Below are positions 12,389 through 25,054 of a stretch of DNA of 64,000 nucleotides, one piece after another. Both the position numbers and the translations under genes were made by a program. Below the pieces are notes generated by a model. It was not told where the DNA came from. It was given only the letters and a program-made list of their open reading frames with translations, and searched no databases. Location of the stretch: assembly GCA_038087875.1 (NCBI GenBank), contig JAXLNO010004340.1:124001-188000 (forward strand). The letters are read 5' to 3'. How positions within the stretch are numbered: position 1 is the first letter of the stretch; each line of letters opens with the position of its first letter. The stretch is from Malacoraja senta (lineage: Eukaryota).

Positions 12389-12442
<54 letters not shown>
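12389..12442. repeat. (TA)n microsatellite
   Basis: Pure AT dinucleotide run within the LINE 3' UTR. Confidence 0.95.
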
Positions 12443-12450
<8 letters not shown>

Positions 12451-12679
12451 AATAGTAAGATTAAACGAGAACTTATCAGTTTGAAGTTTGATCTTTACTT
12501 TATGAGGAGTTACGTTGGTGATTACGTGAAGAACCCCGTCAGGGCGCATGCGTGTCAATCTTCAAAGCAGCGGTATGAAATCACAGACAACACCATAATT
12601 GAAGTAACATATTAAGATGATCAACATGAGAACTACCATTATGACCTTTTTTCTATGAGAGAGGGTTGGGCGTGGCGGG

Positions 12680-12789
12680 CACGTAATCACCAACGTAACT
12701 CCTCATAAAATAAAGATCAAACTTCAAACTGGTAAGTTCTCGTTTAATCTTACTATTCTACTTCGGAGTCACGTGTGACTACGTGAAGA
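12680..12789. repeat. DIRS internal complementary region (ICR)
   Basis: 12680-12757 is the reverse complement of 12451-12528. 12754-12789 is the reverse complement of 17227-17263. The two parts overlap at TATT. Confidence 0.95.
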
Positions 12790-13000
12790 TTTTAAAGCTC
12801 TGTGATTTTTATGCCGCAGATCAAAATCCCGGCTTCTCACTGCATCGATTGACTCCGAGTATCATCAATAATGCTGTAAACATGACATTGCATATCATGC
12901 AAAAACAAAACAGTTTTATTTTTGGTCATAAAACCACCAATAAACCCTCTTAATGTAGGGCAACAAACGAAACAGAATGAAACAGTATTGAAAACAGACT

Positions 13001-13990
13001 TTAAACAATAGCAACAGCACTCAATATTGAGTTGGCAAACAGCCCACCATGGGAAATCGGCCGATGGTAGTATTGCTGAAACACAAGTTCATTTTTCCAA
13101 CCTGCGGCTTTTAATATATGGTCGATGGGAACGTCCATCGCCCTGGCTACTGCGCTAGTGGAATGAGATGTAAACACATAAATGTTAATTCCTGCCTGAA
13201 CCAACTCTTGCTTTAACCACCTTGAGATAGTCTGAACTGCCACTCTTTTATGTTGGCTTCTTGTAACTGAGAAATAATCCTGTTCCTTCTTGTCTTAAAG
13301 CCCTTGCGGCTTCAATGTAATGTAACAAATGTGTCCTTACACATAAACATGGAGCTGTAGGATATGCTGAGAACACAATCTTAAGACCTGTCACACCTGG
13401 CCTGCTTTGTTTGAGCAGGTCAGAAATATAAAACAGAACATTCTCTGTATTCACTTCCATTCTCTCGAACTGAAGTTTTTGGAAAGTCTGCACTCTCTGT
13501 ACTGACACTAATGCCATTAGCATAGCCAATTTCATGGTTAATTTTAACAAAGTTATAGCCGTGACAGGGACCCAATGACGAAGTATGTTACAAACAACAC
13601 TTACCTCGCAGATTACCATATACCTAGGCTTAGGCGGTTTGGAATTAAAGATTCCCTTCATCAACCTAGATATGAGAGGGTGAGAACCTATACTTTGTGT
13701 CCGTGTACCTATTACAAGATATGCCGACCAAGCACTTCTAGCTGTATTGATAGCAGTATAGCTAAGACCCTCATCATAATAAAGTGTAGATAAACTCTAA
13801 CACATTTTCAATAACTACAGTATCATATTGAATATTCTTTTGAACACAATATTGTTCCCATTTAAAAAAAAAAAAATTTTCATAAGTCATATACTGTTTT
13901 TGAGTACTGTTTCTCCAGGCTGCAGTGAGTATATCCACCGTTGGCCTAGAAAGTCCTCGACCAATGTAAGGCATTCTTAAAACCTGCAAA
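13001..13990 (-). pseudogene. DIRS tyrosine recombinase (frameshifted)
   Basis: ILTAAWRNSTQKQY; MKGIFNSKPPKPRY; KLAMLMALVSVQRVQ; LKQSRPG; TISRWLKQEL; FTSHST; ILKAAGWKNELVFQQYY. Confidence 0.9.
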
Positions 13991-14059
13991 TTAACAGATC
14001 CATACCATCACATAACGGATGAACTTAATGCGTTACTGGATGCTCCAGCAAATTCCTAC

Positions 14060-14330
14060 TGTTTGGAATCAGCAAAAAGAGGTTGGATCGCTATCTGTAA
14101 CATCAAAGGAAACCATGGTTGAATCAGGCAATTTGGTATCACCAAAACCCCTGAAGCGGCATCCTGCTTGATTTTCTCAAACACCGACCTATGAGGCAGA
14201 ATGGTGGGAAAATGTACACAAACATATCATCCCAATTTAGTGAAAAAGCATCAATTGTCACTGCCCCTGGATCTGGTGCCTATGAAACATATTTTGGCCT
14301 TCCATATAGAAGTACTATGTTCTTGAACAC
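14060..14330 (-). pseudogene. DIRS DNA N6-adenine methyltransferase-like domain
   Basis: PDPGAVTIDAFSLNWDDMFVYIFPPFCLIGRCLRK..GVLVIPN..IQPWFP. Confidence 0.8.
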
Positions 14331-14349
14331 ATCCTGGTTCCACATCCAC

Positions 14350-15750
14350 TCTGTGTTATGATGGAATTTTCGTGAGCTGCCATCTGGTACTACATTAAGT
14401 TTCCCTGGCAGATAGATAGCTCCAATCCAAATCTCTGTATCCCTACTCCAGGTCCAATTGTATTTGCCAACCTGTCACATGATAACGATTTGATTCCACC
14501 CATGTGATTCATATCAGCAACTGCTGTAGTGTTGTCTATTTTGCACTGCACATGCAAACTAGTTTAGTTAGTGCCATAAGCCTCGAGTCCATAAAATACT
14601 CTTGGTTAATTCCCCATGTTTGCAGAAGCAATGTTCATCTGTCTCCACCACTGAATCTTGTATCAGTAGCACCCTACCCAAGTGCTCTGACATCTGTCTG
14701 CAAATCATGGAAGCTTGGTCCAATAACACTTTGGAACTACTAGTGGACACATGCTGAATCCACCATTGTACATCAGCAACAGCCTCTATTGATAGAAGCA
14801 TAGGTCTATTATAATGACCCCAATGTATCCTCAATGCTTGTTCCTTTGACCTTTGTAATTGTAGATAATAAAGTGGCCATATTGAACTGCTGGAAATGCT
14901 GCCAGCCATTACCACAGCAGACTTGTCACCTGGCTAATTGAAGGCTGTGTGTTAGCAATTAACTTGATATAGCTCTTAATTAGCTCTACCCTTTTTTGCC
15001 TGGGCAAGGTCACAATGATGTTGATTAAGTCCATTGTGAACCCAACTAGTCAATTTGTGTAACAGGTATAATTTTAGATTTCTCTGGATAGCTTATAAAG
15101 CCCAATTAAAAAATGTTTTTTACCAACAGCCACTGATGCTTCAGCTGTTTCCTTTGATTGTCCTACAATCAAGATATTATCTAGTTAAGCCATGAACACA
15201 TGACCTTAACTTCTCATCATGCCTAGAATAGGTTTTAACAACTTTGTAATCCCTCTAGGAGCTGAAGAGAAACCATTAGGCAGTGGATTGTATTGGCATA
15301 ATTGCCCCATCCAGCTGAATTTTAAATCTTCTATCCTGCAAATGAACAGACACTGAATCCGCATCTTTAAGATCTCCTTCACAAACGTTTATATCTTAAA
15401 ATGTCTATACCGTACAAAAGGGTTAAGACTATTCAGGTCTGTATAATTCTGCAACCCCCCATCCTTTTTTGGTCTGGGAAAGATATTGGACACAAACTGA
15501 TGGCTTTGGTAAACTGCCTTAGCAATTACACCTTTATTACATAAGCTTGCAAGTTCCAGCTGAACTTCCAATTGTTCAGTGATACTGAAGTCAAACTCCT
15601 TTTTTGGAACATGTTGCATGGGTAAATCAGAATTTGCATTAAGCTTTATTTGATGCCCTTGAATAACCTTCAGTATAAACATATCTGAGGTAAACATTTA
15701 ATTGTATCACATTAGATCTGTCTACATGAGAACCAGACCCTCTTACCTCC
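14350..15750 (-). pseudogene. DIRS reverse transcriptase / RNase H (multiple frameshifts)
   Basis: FTSDMFILKVIQGHQI; FVSNIFPRPKKDGG; LNPFVRYRHFKI; LPNGFSSAPR; LYYLQLQR..DVQWW. Confidence 0.85.
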
Positions 15751-15799
15751 TTACCACCTGGCATTCTTCCCCGGCCTTGAGCTGGATATCTCACCTCCG

Positions 15800-16730
15800 T
15801 GGCGGTGCTACAGCCGAATGCCAACTGCGCTGCATCGTAGCTGGACTCGTCCCTTGCCCGGACCAGTCTGCACCCTTATAGGGATACTTCCGCTTTGGTG
15901 AATATGTGGCTGCCGTCTTAGCCTCCTCCTCCAGCTCCTTCACCTGCCGTGCGAAATCCTCGCCAAACAGCTGTGCCGGTTGCACTGTGCCAGGGTGGCA
16001 GAGTGAAGCATATTTAGCATTGATGGTTGGTCTAATCGCATCTTGCGGAGGCAGTTGATCTCAAAGTGGGCACTCCACAATAGCGCCTTTTGTTGTAATT
16101 TGTCATGGCCTCTCCATCTACCATCCTGGCAAAGCTCGTTATACCAGATGCCAGCAACTTTAAAAATATGCTGGAGCTTCACATGATCCTGGGCTTTCAT
16201 TAGTATGCCCATCTTGCCCCAATTCTTCCTGTTCCCAACAGGAACTTTTAACAGTCCACAGTTGATTGGGGCTTCATACTTCGTTACTGTCTCATCCATT
16301 GTCAGCTCCTGTAGCTGATGTGAGACTTGGTAATTTATGCTGGTGGCAAGTTCCTCACCCAGAGCCTCACCAGCGTCCGACGACATGGCAAACCGTGCGG
16401 CACACGGTGTTAGCTCTGGCAGCTGCCTGCCCTCCCTTTGGAAGTCGTCGGACTCAGGGTCAGAGCGTATCTGCCCTTCTGCACTCACCTCTTGCAAAGA
16501 GGGTGCTTTCAAGCAGGCCTCTACTAGGCACTGCCAGCGGAGCCGTCCCCACGGCCTCCCGCCTGCACAACTCCTCCTGGAGTATGGCTTTATGAAGCAG
16601 ACCTCTCCTAGGCACTGCCAGCGGAGCCTTCCCTAAGGCTTCCCGCCTGCACAACTCCTCCTGGAGTATGGCTTTATGAAGCAGACCTCTCCTAGGCACT
16701 GCCAGCGGAGCCTTCTCTGTGGCTTCCCTC
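15800..16730 (-). pseudogene. DIRS gag-like ORF1 (frameshifted)
   Basis: KYEAPINCGLLKVP...WGKM...KAQD..KLQ and LFGEDFARQVKEL, both typical of DIRS ORF1. Confidence 0.7.
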
Positions 16731-16750
16731 CTGCATTACTCCCCTGGAGC
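16517..16750. repeat. 84-bp tandem repeat, ~2.7 copies
   Basis: taggcactgccagcggagcc recurs at 16525, 16609 and 16693. Confidence 0.95.
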
Positions 16751-18739
16751 GTCTCTGTGGAGCAGCCCCTGTATGAGCTGCTCCTTTTGGATAACCGCTG
16801 GGGAACGGTATCCTGTCCCCGACGGGACTCTCGTGGCCCGACTCTGCGGAGTCTATAGCCCTGACAGACTTGGCTTATGCCGACCGCCCGACTGGCTTTG
16901 GCTGTGTACCCGGCTGGGCACTTTGCCAAGTCTGTCGCCGCACCGCTACCGGCTTGCGACTCCCCCGAGGTGACAGGCTGCCTTTCAGAGACTGCGTCCC
17001 GCAGCTCTCTCTCTCCTTGTCGGCAGCAGCCTGCACCTTTTCCTTGTTCCTGTATGTGGGGGAAAAAACACACAGAAACACTTTCTTTACTTTTCTCTAA
17101 CTCCTCCAAAGTCTCCCCGACTTTGGTGGAGCTGTAATTACTCACCTGCAGCAAGAGCTCCGTGCTCCCGCTGCCGTTCGCACCAATGCGTCAGACGTAA
17201 TGACGCGCATGCGCCCTGACGGGGTTCTTCACGTAGTCACTCACGTGACTCCGAAGTAAAATAACAGATAAAGTGCAATGGGCTATTTAACGATCAGAGT
17301 TTTGTTTGAGTTGAGTTTAATAGCCTGATGGCTGTGGGGAAGTAGCTATTCCTGAACCTGGATGTTGCAGATTTCAGGCTCCTGTACCTTCTACCTGAAG
17401 GCAGTGGGGAGATGAGTGAGTGGCTAGGATGGTATGGGTCTTTGATGATGCTGGCAGCCTTTTGAGGCAACGACTGCGATAGATCCCCTTGATGGTGGGG
17501 AGGTCAGAGCCGATGATGGACTGGGCAGTGTTTACAACTTTTTGCAATCTTTTACGCTCCTGGGCACACAAGTTGCCGAACCAAGCCACGATGCAACCGG
17601 TCAGCATGCTCTCTACTGTGCACCTGTAGAAGTTCGAGAGAGACCTCCTTGACATACCGACTAACGTAATCTTCTCAGGAAGTAGAGGCGCTGATGTGCT
17701 TTCTTTATAATTGCATCTGTGTTCTCGGACCAGGAGAGATCTTCAGAGATATGCACGCCCAGGAATTTGAAGCTCTTGACCCTCTTCACCATCGACCCGT
17801 TGATATAAGCGGGACTATGGGTCCCCATACTACCCCTTCCAAAGTCCACAATCAGTTCTTTGGTTTTGCTGGTGTTGAGAGCCAGGTTATTGTTGTTAAA
17901 GTGCTGGAGTAACTCAGCAGGTCAGGCAGCACCTCTTGAGGACAAGATGCTGCCTGACCCTGATTAGTATGGGTGTCAGAGGTTGTGGGGAGAAGGCAGG
18001 TGAATGGGGTTTGGAGGGAGAGATAGATCAGCCATGATTGAATGACGGAGTAGACATAATGGGCCAAATAGCCTAATTCTAAGATTGCTTATGATCTAAT
18101 GACCTTATGATCCCGTTGGTTTATTCTGGCATGTTGTGTTTTGGTTTTGCTTATGAGAAATGAACCCTCAAACTTGACTTGGCTACACTGCCAGTCTCAG
18201 CATTGGTTCCATCGACACTTGAGATTTTATGTTTAATCTGCAGGGGGGAAAAAAATACTTCAAAGTACACGGAACAGCAGCAAAACCCTCATTGCTATGA
18301 ACGAGTTAGTGAGGTAATTTTCATTGGGCATGCATTCCACGTCTCCCAGTTCCTCACTAGTAATGCAGTTAACATAAATGGCATTAATTCTTCTGATAAT
18401 ATGTTTTTGGCACTCTTACAAATACCAAGGAATTACTTAGATTTTTTTTCCAATGGGAGACTATATTTGTGGGCCGATTTTCAATAAAAAAAACCCCAAT
18501 TTCACAGGAACAGTTAGTTTCGGGTTAAAAGGTACTTAGCAGGAGTATCAAGTTATAGTTAGGGTGAGAGAACTGAAAAATCGGTCTTGTGTTTCACACG
18601 TTAAGGCAGTTAAAAATGATGTGTTACTAGATCTTAAGATTCTGAAGTGTTATAAAATGAAAGCACAGTTACAAAGAATGGAACGGAAAAACTGTAAAGA
18701 TACATTAGTCTAGTAGAGAACCTTGGTTGGAGAGACAAG

Positions 18740-18910
18740 CAGTGGCGGACTGTGTCTAAAAATATTGGTTGCCAGGAGACAAAGGGGGCCCACCTCATCA
18801 GGGGCCCACTTGATTTAGGGGGCCCACTTCATCAGGGGCCCACTTGATTTAGGGGGCCCACTTCATCAGGGGCCCACTTGCCAGCTGACACCCTGGCCAG
18901 TCTGCCACTG
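18740..18910. mobile_element. hAT-type MITE with internal GGGCCC array
   Basis: TIR cagtggcggactg / cagtctgccactg; 8-bp TSD gagacaag / gacacaag. Confidence 0.8.
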
Positions 18911-19305
18911 GACACAAGGAACTGCAGGTGCTGGAATCTTGCATAGAACACTAAGTGTTGGAGTAACTCAACGAGTCAGGCAACATCTCAGGAGGAAGTG
19001 GATATGTGTGGTTTTGGGTCGGGGTCCTTCTTCAGATTGATTGGGTCAGGACCTTTACCCAGATTTTCATCTCTGGCCTTTGCTCCAACCATCTGCCTAT
19101 CAAACTCCCCCCACCCCCCACCCCCGCCTATGTGAACATATTACCTGTTGCGCTTTATCCTGCCTCTCCCCTCTGAGCTTTCTCCCCCCCCTCCCTACAA
19201 TCAGTCTGAAGAATGGTCTTCATCCGAAACATTATTTATCCATGTTCTCCAGAGATGCTGCCTGACCTGTTAAGTTACTCAAGCTCTTTGTATCCTTTTG
19301 TGTAT
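18911..19305. mobile_element. Fold-back Penelope 3'-end element (inverted and direct hammerhead-bearing repeats)
   Basis: Minus motif at ~19010-19036, plus motif at 19206-19232. Confidence 0.75.
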
Positions 19306-19794
19306 TAACCTTGTTTCAACATTTCATTCATTGCTCTTTGCAGATCTGGGCTGAAACCGTTCAGCATTCCCCTTTGTGAAGGAACTTCAATTCCCCACTG
19401 ACTTCACCATCCTAATGTACTTCCATTTATTGGTGTTGAATGTTCTGGGTTGCTGCTGATATGCAGTATTGAGATTGGGGCATACATAGTGATAGGTTTG
19501 GCTGTTTATCAAGAAAGGGTAATTTTATTTTCCAATACAGCCCTGGGGATTTGAAAAGACACCCATCCTGCACCAATACAGACCTATGTAGAAAGAGCAG
19601 TCCAGTACATGCTCACTATAATAGTTTGATAGCCTACATAACACCAAAATGAGCTTGCATTACTAACATGATCTTACAATCTCACTTCATATATTATTTG
19701 TTCCCAGTTTACATGTGCCTCTTATGGAAAGGACGGAAGGAGAGAAAAAAAGATAGGAAGATAAAAAGATTTTAAAAAGGTAGGAAGGGAGGAA

Positions 19795-20110
19795 ACAGTG
19801 GTGCGGCTGAAAGAGTTGGTGCCTCACAGAGCCAGACACCCTTTTCGACCCTGACCACGGATGCTGTCTGTGTGGAGTTTGCACATTCTCCCTGTGACCT
19901 CATAGATTTCCTCGTGTGCTTTGGTTCCCTCCCACATCCCAAAGACGTGCGTCTTTGTAGGTTAATTGGTCTCTTTAAATTGCCCCTAGTGTTTAGGGAG
20001 TGGTTGTGAAAGTAGGATAACATAGAACTAGTGTGAATGGGTTCGATGGTTGGCATGGACCCAGTGGGCCAAAGGGCCTGCTTTCATGCTGTATCTTTCA
20101 ATTAATCAAT
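19795..20110 (+). mobile_element. V-SINE (HE1-like)
   Basis: Head, V-domain and tail as in the other copies. Confidence 0.8.
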
Positions 20111-20173
20111 CTTTCAACAAAAAAGGTAGCACGGAAGGAGTTGAGAGAATACAAAGTTCAAGATTTTGATATG

Positions 20174-21462
20174 CAAAATATGTTATTTTTTATTTTTATT
20201 TTTAAAATTTTTTATTTATATTTATTAGAAGTACATTACATTACAACCAATTACATTAGTACTCGTCACGTATATCTTATTACAATTAATGTACTCAGTC
20301 ATTTTTTACACAAATAAAAGGGAAAGGATGAGATTGAGAGAAAGGAGAAAGTGAAGGAAAATAGTGGTGTAAAAACGTGACAACAAGAAAGAACAAAGAC
20401 CCTGTAAGAAAGAAATTAAAAAAAAGAATTAAGAGATAGACCCTAAAGAAGAAGAAGTAAGAGAAAGAGGGAAAAGAGAAAAACAAATACTTTATTATAA
20501 GCATCACGCAAATGGGATATACCAACTCTCCAGCTTTCATCCCCCCTTACCTGACCTCCGTTTTTTTTTAAAGTACTTTTGCACCCTATACTTGTAATAA
20601 TTCTATAAATGCAGACCACGTCAGGTGGAAGTGATCTGGTTTACCTGCCAGGAGGAGTCTTATCTCTTCAAGGTGTAATGTTTCGAACATATTTGAAATC
20701 CAGATGTTTATAGTTGGTATTGGAGCGTTTTTCCAGAATTTTAGGATTAACTTTTTTCCAGTTATTAACCCATAGTCTATTAATTTCTTTTGAAACACAT
20801 TTAGTTCTGGACTATCTTCCGTTGTTCCGAAGATAATCCATTCTTCCAGGATAGACTAGGAATTAAAATGTTCAGTGACTTGTATGAAACTGGAAAATTA
20901 TTATCATTCCAACAATTACAAATAAAATATAAACTGGGAAATAATCAATATTTTAAATATTTTCAAATATGTGACTATTTGAAAAAATATACAAAAGATC
21001 ATTATAATATCCCAGCAGATGTACTGGATGAAGCAATGCAGATAAAAGCTGATTCAGCAAACTTAATATCATATTTGTATAATATTATCTTAAATGTAGA
21101 AATACCATCTACGGAAGGTATTAGAAGAGACTGGGAACAATAATTAGCTATTAAAATCTCAAAGGAAAGGTGGAATGAACATTTACTAAACGTGCATAAA
21201 TGTTCGATTAATGTAAGACACACTTTAATACAATTTAAAATTTTACATAGATTATATTATTCCAAAACTAAAATTAATAAAATTTTCCCAAATGTATCAT
21301 CCATTTGTGATAAATGTCAATCTCAAGAAGCTACTATAGCGCATTCATTTGTTTTCTGTACAAAAATTCAAACATTTTGGATTGACATTTTTGAAATCTT
21401 TACAAAATTATTTAAAATAAAACTGATACCTAAAGCAGAATGGATTATCTTCAAAAGATGTT
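20174..21462 (-). mobile_element. L1-clade LINE 3' fragment with 5' inversion
   Basis: Minus part 20844-20185 carries the ORF2 C-terminus (KKLILKFWK..PTINIWI), 3' UTR and polyA. Plus part ~20850-21452 carries upstream ORF2 (LIQFKILHRLYYS..CDKC...HSFVFC). TSD caaaa(t/g)atgtt at 20174-20184 and 21452-21462. Confidence 0.9.
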
Positions 21463-22074
21463 TTTTGATTGTGAAAAAACTTAGGTGCTAAACTGTCATG
21501 TGACAGTGATGGAATAATCTAATCACACTGGATAGATTAAGGACTTGTTGGTCAACCTTTTGGTTCGCTATGCAAAGGAATCTGTCTCATAGAATCATAG
21601 ACTCTATGAATAAATTTAGTCAGGCATCCTGATCATTATACTTGAATGAATAAATGCTGTGTGAATCAAGTAGGTCACAAAACATAATCGGATTCTTTGA
21701 GAATTTGGTCCTGCACATGTAAAGTAACATCACAAAAGTATGACATGAGTTTTGACATCACATCCCAAATTCATTAGTTTTCTCTTTCATTTGCCCAACT
21801 TAAAGTGGCCCAACCTGACTCCATCTGTGGCCATGGAGTATGGTGCAATCGTTCTGCAATTTGTACTATCCCTTAATTCCAGCACCACACCAACCACAGA
21901 TCAATTTAAAGCTCCCATGAGTCCACAACATGAGATCTGAGTGACTGAATTGCTGATGCTCCCCCCTAACCACCCTCCCCCCCCGATCCCACCACTCCGC
22001 ATTCACACACACATCTGTCAACTCTATCTCAGCATCCTGATACTCCGACCTGATCTGATTGTCACAAAGTAAAA

Positions 22075-22500
22075 AATATAGGTGCAGGAGTAGGCCATTC
22101 TGTCCTGTAGGCCATTCAATATGATCATGGCTGATCATGCAAAATCAGTACCCTGTTCCTACTTTTGCCCCGTATCCTTTGATCCCTTGATTAGCCCTAA
22201 GAGCCAAATCTAACTCTTTCTTGAAAACATCCAGTGAATTGGCCTCCATGCCTTCTGTGGCAGAGAATTCCACAGATTCACAACTCTCTGGGTAGAAACA
22301 TTTTTCCTCATCTCGGTCCTAAATTACCTACACCTTATTCTTAAACTGTGACCCCTGGTTCTGGACTCCCCCAACATTGGGAGCATTTTTCCTACATCTA
22401 GAATGTCCAATCCCTTAAGAATTTGTTTGGTTCTATAAGATCCCCTCCCATGTAAATTCCAGTGAATAAAGGCCCAGTCGACCCAATTTTTCATCACATG
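22075..22500 (-). mobile_element. CR1 LINE 3' fragment
   Basis: ILKGLDILDVGKMLPMLGESRTRGHSLRI, plus 3' UTR. Confidence 0.85.
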
Positions 22501-23379
22501 TAAGACCTTGAAGACCATGTTAAGGGCCATCCACAACACTATGCTGAAGGGTGCAGATCTTTTCACAAAACCTGATTGTCCAATGCACATCACTACAGTC
22601 CAATTTCTAGCCCAATGTACCTGAACGAATTGCACGGAGGTTGCCAAGTATATCAATTCCATCCATGATTCACAAAGTGAAAAATAAGAGAATATTAACA
22701 GAAGTTACATCTTTTCCAAACCCTCACCAAACAGATTAGATCCCCACGGAATATAAAAGCAACATTTATTCTTATTTCCATGCAACTAAATAAAAATAAG
22801 ATATCATTCAGTATTCTACATGGAAATGCAAGTCTATTCTCCACCTTGTCTAGTTCAGAAATGGTGAAGATAAAAGATTTATAACTTCTGCTGGGACACT
22901 TATGTAATGTATATGGCTCACGTCCTGAAAGTTTCCATTTACTAGATGTATTCATGTTTCAAGGTGGAGTCCAGAGTCTAGAAGACATGTTTGAGTTTGT
23001 AACACAAATGCAATGTAATTTTTGTCTATTTTACATAATGCGAGGAGTGCTTTTAAAATGTTTATCTTGAGATCCAACAACAGCTGACATATCCAGCCAG
23101 ATAATTTCAAACCAATATAGCAGTGTTGCTGCTACAAACATGAATAAGAATATTGATGTATTCAAAGGGGGTAAAGATACTGCAGTCAAATGCACCAAAT
23201 GCATATTTATGTTATGTTACACTCTGTAGCAGCATCTTAAGCTTATGAATATCCTCAGAATTATCCTCTGAATAAAAGGACGTACCTTTAGAAAGGAGAT
23301 GAGAAGACATTTATTTAGTCAGAGGGTGGTGAATCTGTGGAATTCATTGTCACGGATGGCTGTTGGGGGAAGGGGAGTG

Positions 23380-24486
23380 ACGGATAGAAAATTGGTTGGC
23401 AGACAGGAAACAAAGAGTAGGGATTAACATGTCCCTTTCAGAATGGCAGGCAGTGACTAGTGGGGTACCACAAGGCTTAGTGCTGGGACTGCAACTATTT
23501 ACAATATACATTAATGATTTAGATGAAGGAATTAAAAGTAACATTAGCAAATTTGCAGATGACACAGAGCTGGGTGGCAGTGTGAACTGTGAGGAGGATG
23601 CTATGCGGATTCAGGGTGACTTGGACAGGTTGGGTGAATGGGCAGATGCATGGTAGATGCAGTTTAATGTGGATAAATGTGAGGTTATCCACTTTGGTCA
23701 CAAGAACAGAAAGGCAGATTGTTATCTGAATGGTGTCAAGTTCGGAAAAGGCGAAGTACAACAAGATCTGGGTACATCAGTCACTGAAAGTAAACATGCA
23801 GGTACAGCAGGCAGTGAAGAAAGCTAATGCATGTTGGCCTTCATAACAAGAGGAGTTGAGTATAGGAACAAAGAGGTCCTTCTGCAGTTGTACAGGGCCC
23901 TAGTGAGACCACACCTATAGTATTGTGTGCAGTTTTGGTCTCCAAATTTGAGGAAGGGCATTCTTGCTATTGATGGAGTGCAGAGTAGGTTCACGAGGTT
24001 AATACCCGGGATGGCGGGACTGTCATATGTTGAAAGAATGGAGCGACTGGGCTTGTATACATTTGAATTTAGAAGGATAAGAGGGGATCTTATTGAAACA
24101 TATAAGATTATTAAGGGGTTAGGCACGCTAGAAGTAGGAAACATGATCCCGATGTTGGGGGAGTCCAGAACCAGGGACCACAGCTTAAGAATAAGGGGTT
24201 CGCCATTTAGAGCAGAGATGAGGAAAAACATTTTCACCCAGAGAGTTGTGAATTTGTGGAATTCTCTGCCTCAGACGGCAGTGGAGGCCGATTCTCTGGA
24301 TGTTTTCAAGAGAGAGCTGGATAGAGCTCTTAAAAATAGCGAAGTCAAGGGATATGGGGAGAATGCAGGAACGGGGCACTGATTGGGGATGATCAGCCAT
24401 GATCACAGTGAATGGCAGTGTTGGCTCAAAGGGCTGAATGGCCTGCTCCTGCACCTATTGTCTATTGTCTATTGTCTATTGTCTAT
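23380..24486 (+). mobile_element. CR1 LINE (HER1-type), 5'-truncated RT, frameshifted
   Basis: SGVPQGLVLG..LFTIYINDLD...SKFADDT; QFWSPNLRK; (attgtct)n tail. Confidence 0.95.
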
Positions 24487-25054
24487 GTCAAGCTCAGGGG
24501 CTTGAGGCAGAGGCTTTAGATTTTCCAGTTGTTATGGCTAATTTAGGAGATTCAATTCAACTTTATTATTAGGTGGTGACATGCCCTTAAATCCATGACC
24601 GTTTTCACACCTAAAGGTCAATGTAACACATTTATGAAGATGCCAGACCTGTTGAATTGGGATGAAGATTCGCAGGGTCTGAAATGTCTAGGGAATATAG
24701 AAGAACACCTTTATGTTTATGACATAAGCTTCTTCCATATGCCGGAAGGAGAAATCTTAACATTTGTCAAATATTCAGGAGGAACATATGTCCTGAAAAT
24801 GGGTAAAACGGAGTTACGTATAAGAAGCGTCTTTGCATTTAAATCTTTCTTCATTCAGTCAATAAAATACCCTTTTTACATTGCTGGAGTACTCTGCAAT
24901 TTTACAGATGAGGTGGTCACTTGGCTTCTCTTTATCTCAGACCCCAAAATTCTTAAAGTTGCCCTCATATCATCCATTTGTTTTTGCAAAGATCTCACTT
25001 CCAGGAAGTGTAACCTATATATTGATTATTATTGATCCTGCACATATCTTAACA

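Larger units (their letters stand above)
12451..17263 (-). mobile_element. DIRS1-type tyrosine-recombinase retrotransposon, full-length structure, ORFs decayed
   Basis: 35-bp inverted repeats 12523-12557 / 17201-17235; internal complementary region 12680-12789; gag-RT-RH-MT-YR order; no conventional TSD, AAT(A) at both junctions. Confidence 0.95.
12258..17892 (-). mobile_element. Rex1/Babar LINE 3' portion (17892-17264 plus 12450-12258), split by the DIRS insertion
   Basis: FKFLGVHISEDLSW...HQRLYFLRRLR; NFYRCTVESMLTGCIVAWFGN. The 3' UTR halves match the uninterrupted copy at 44870-45220. Confidence 0.9.

Noticed and set aside
18784-18880. CRISPR-like regularly spaced palindromic repeats
   Set aside because: Spacers are only 7-9 bp and repeat themselves; the context is eukaryotic, inside a MITE, with no cas genes
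24595-25035. 146-aa plus-strand ORF in unique DNA
   Set aside because: No recognisable motif or clear splice context; about one ORF of this length is plausible by chance in six frames of 64 kb
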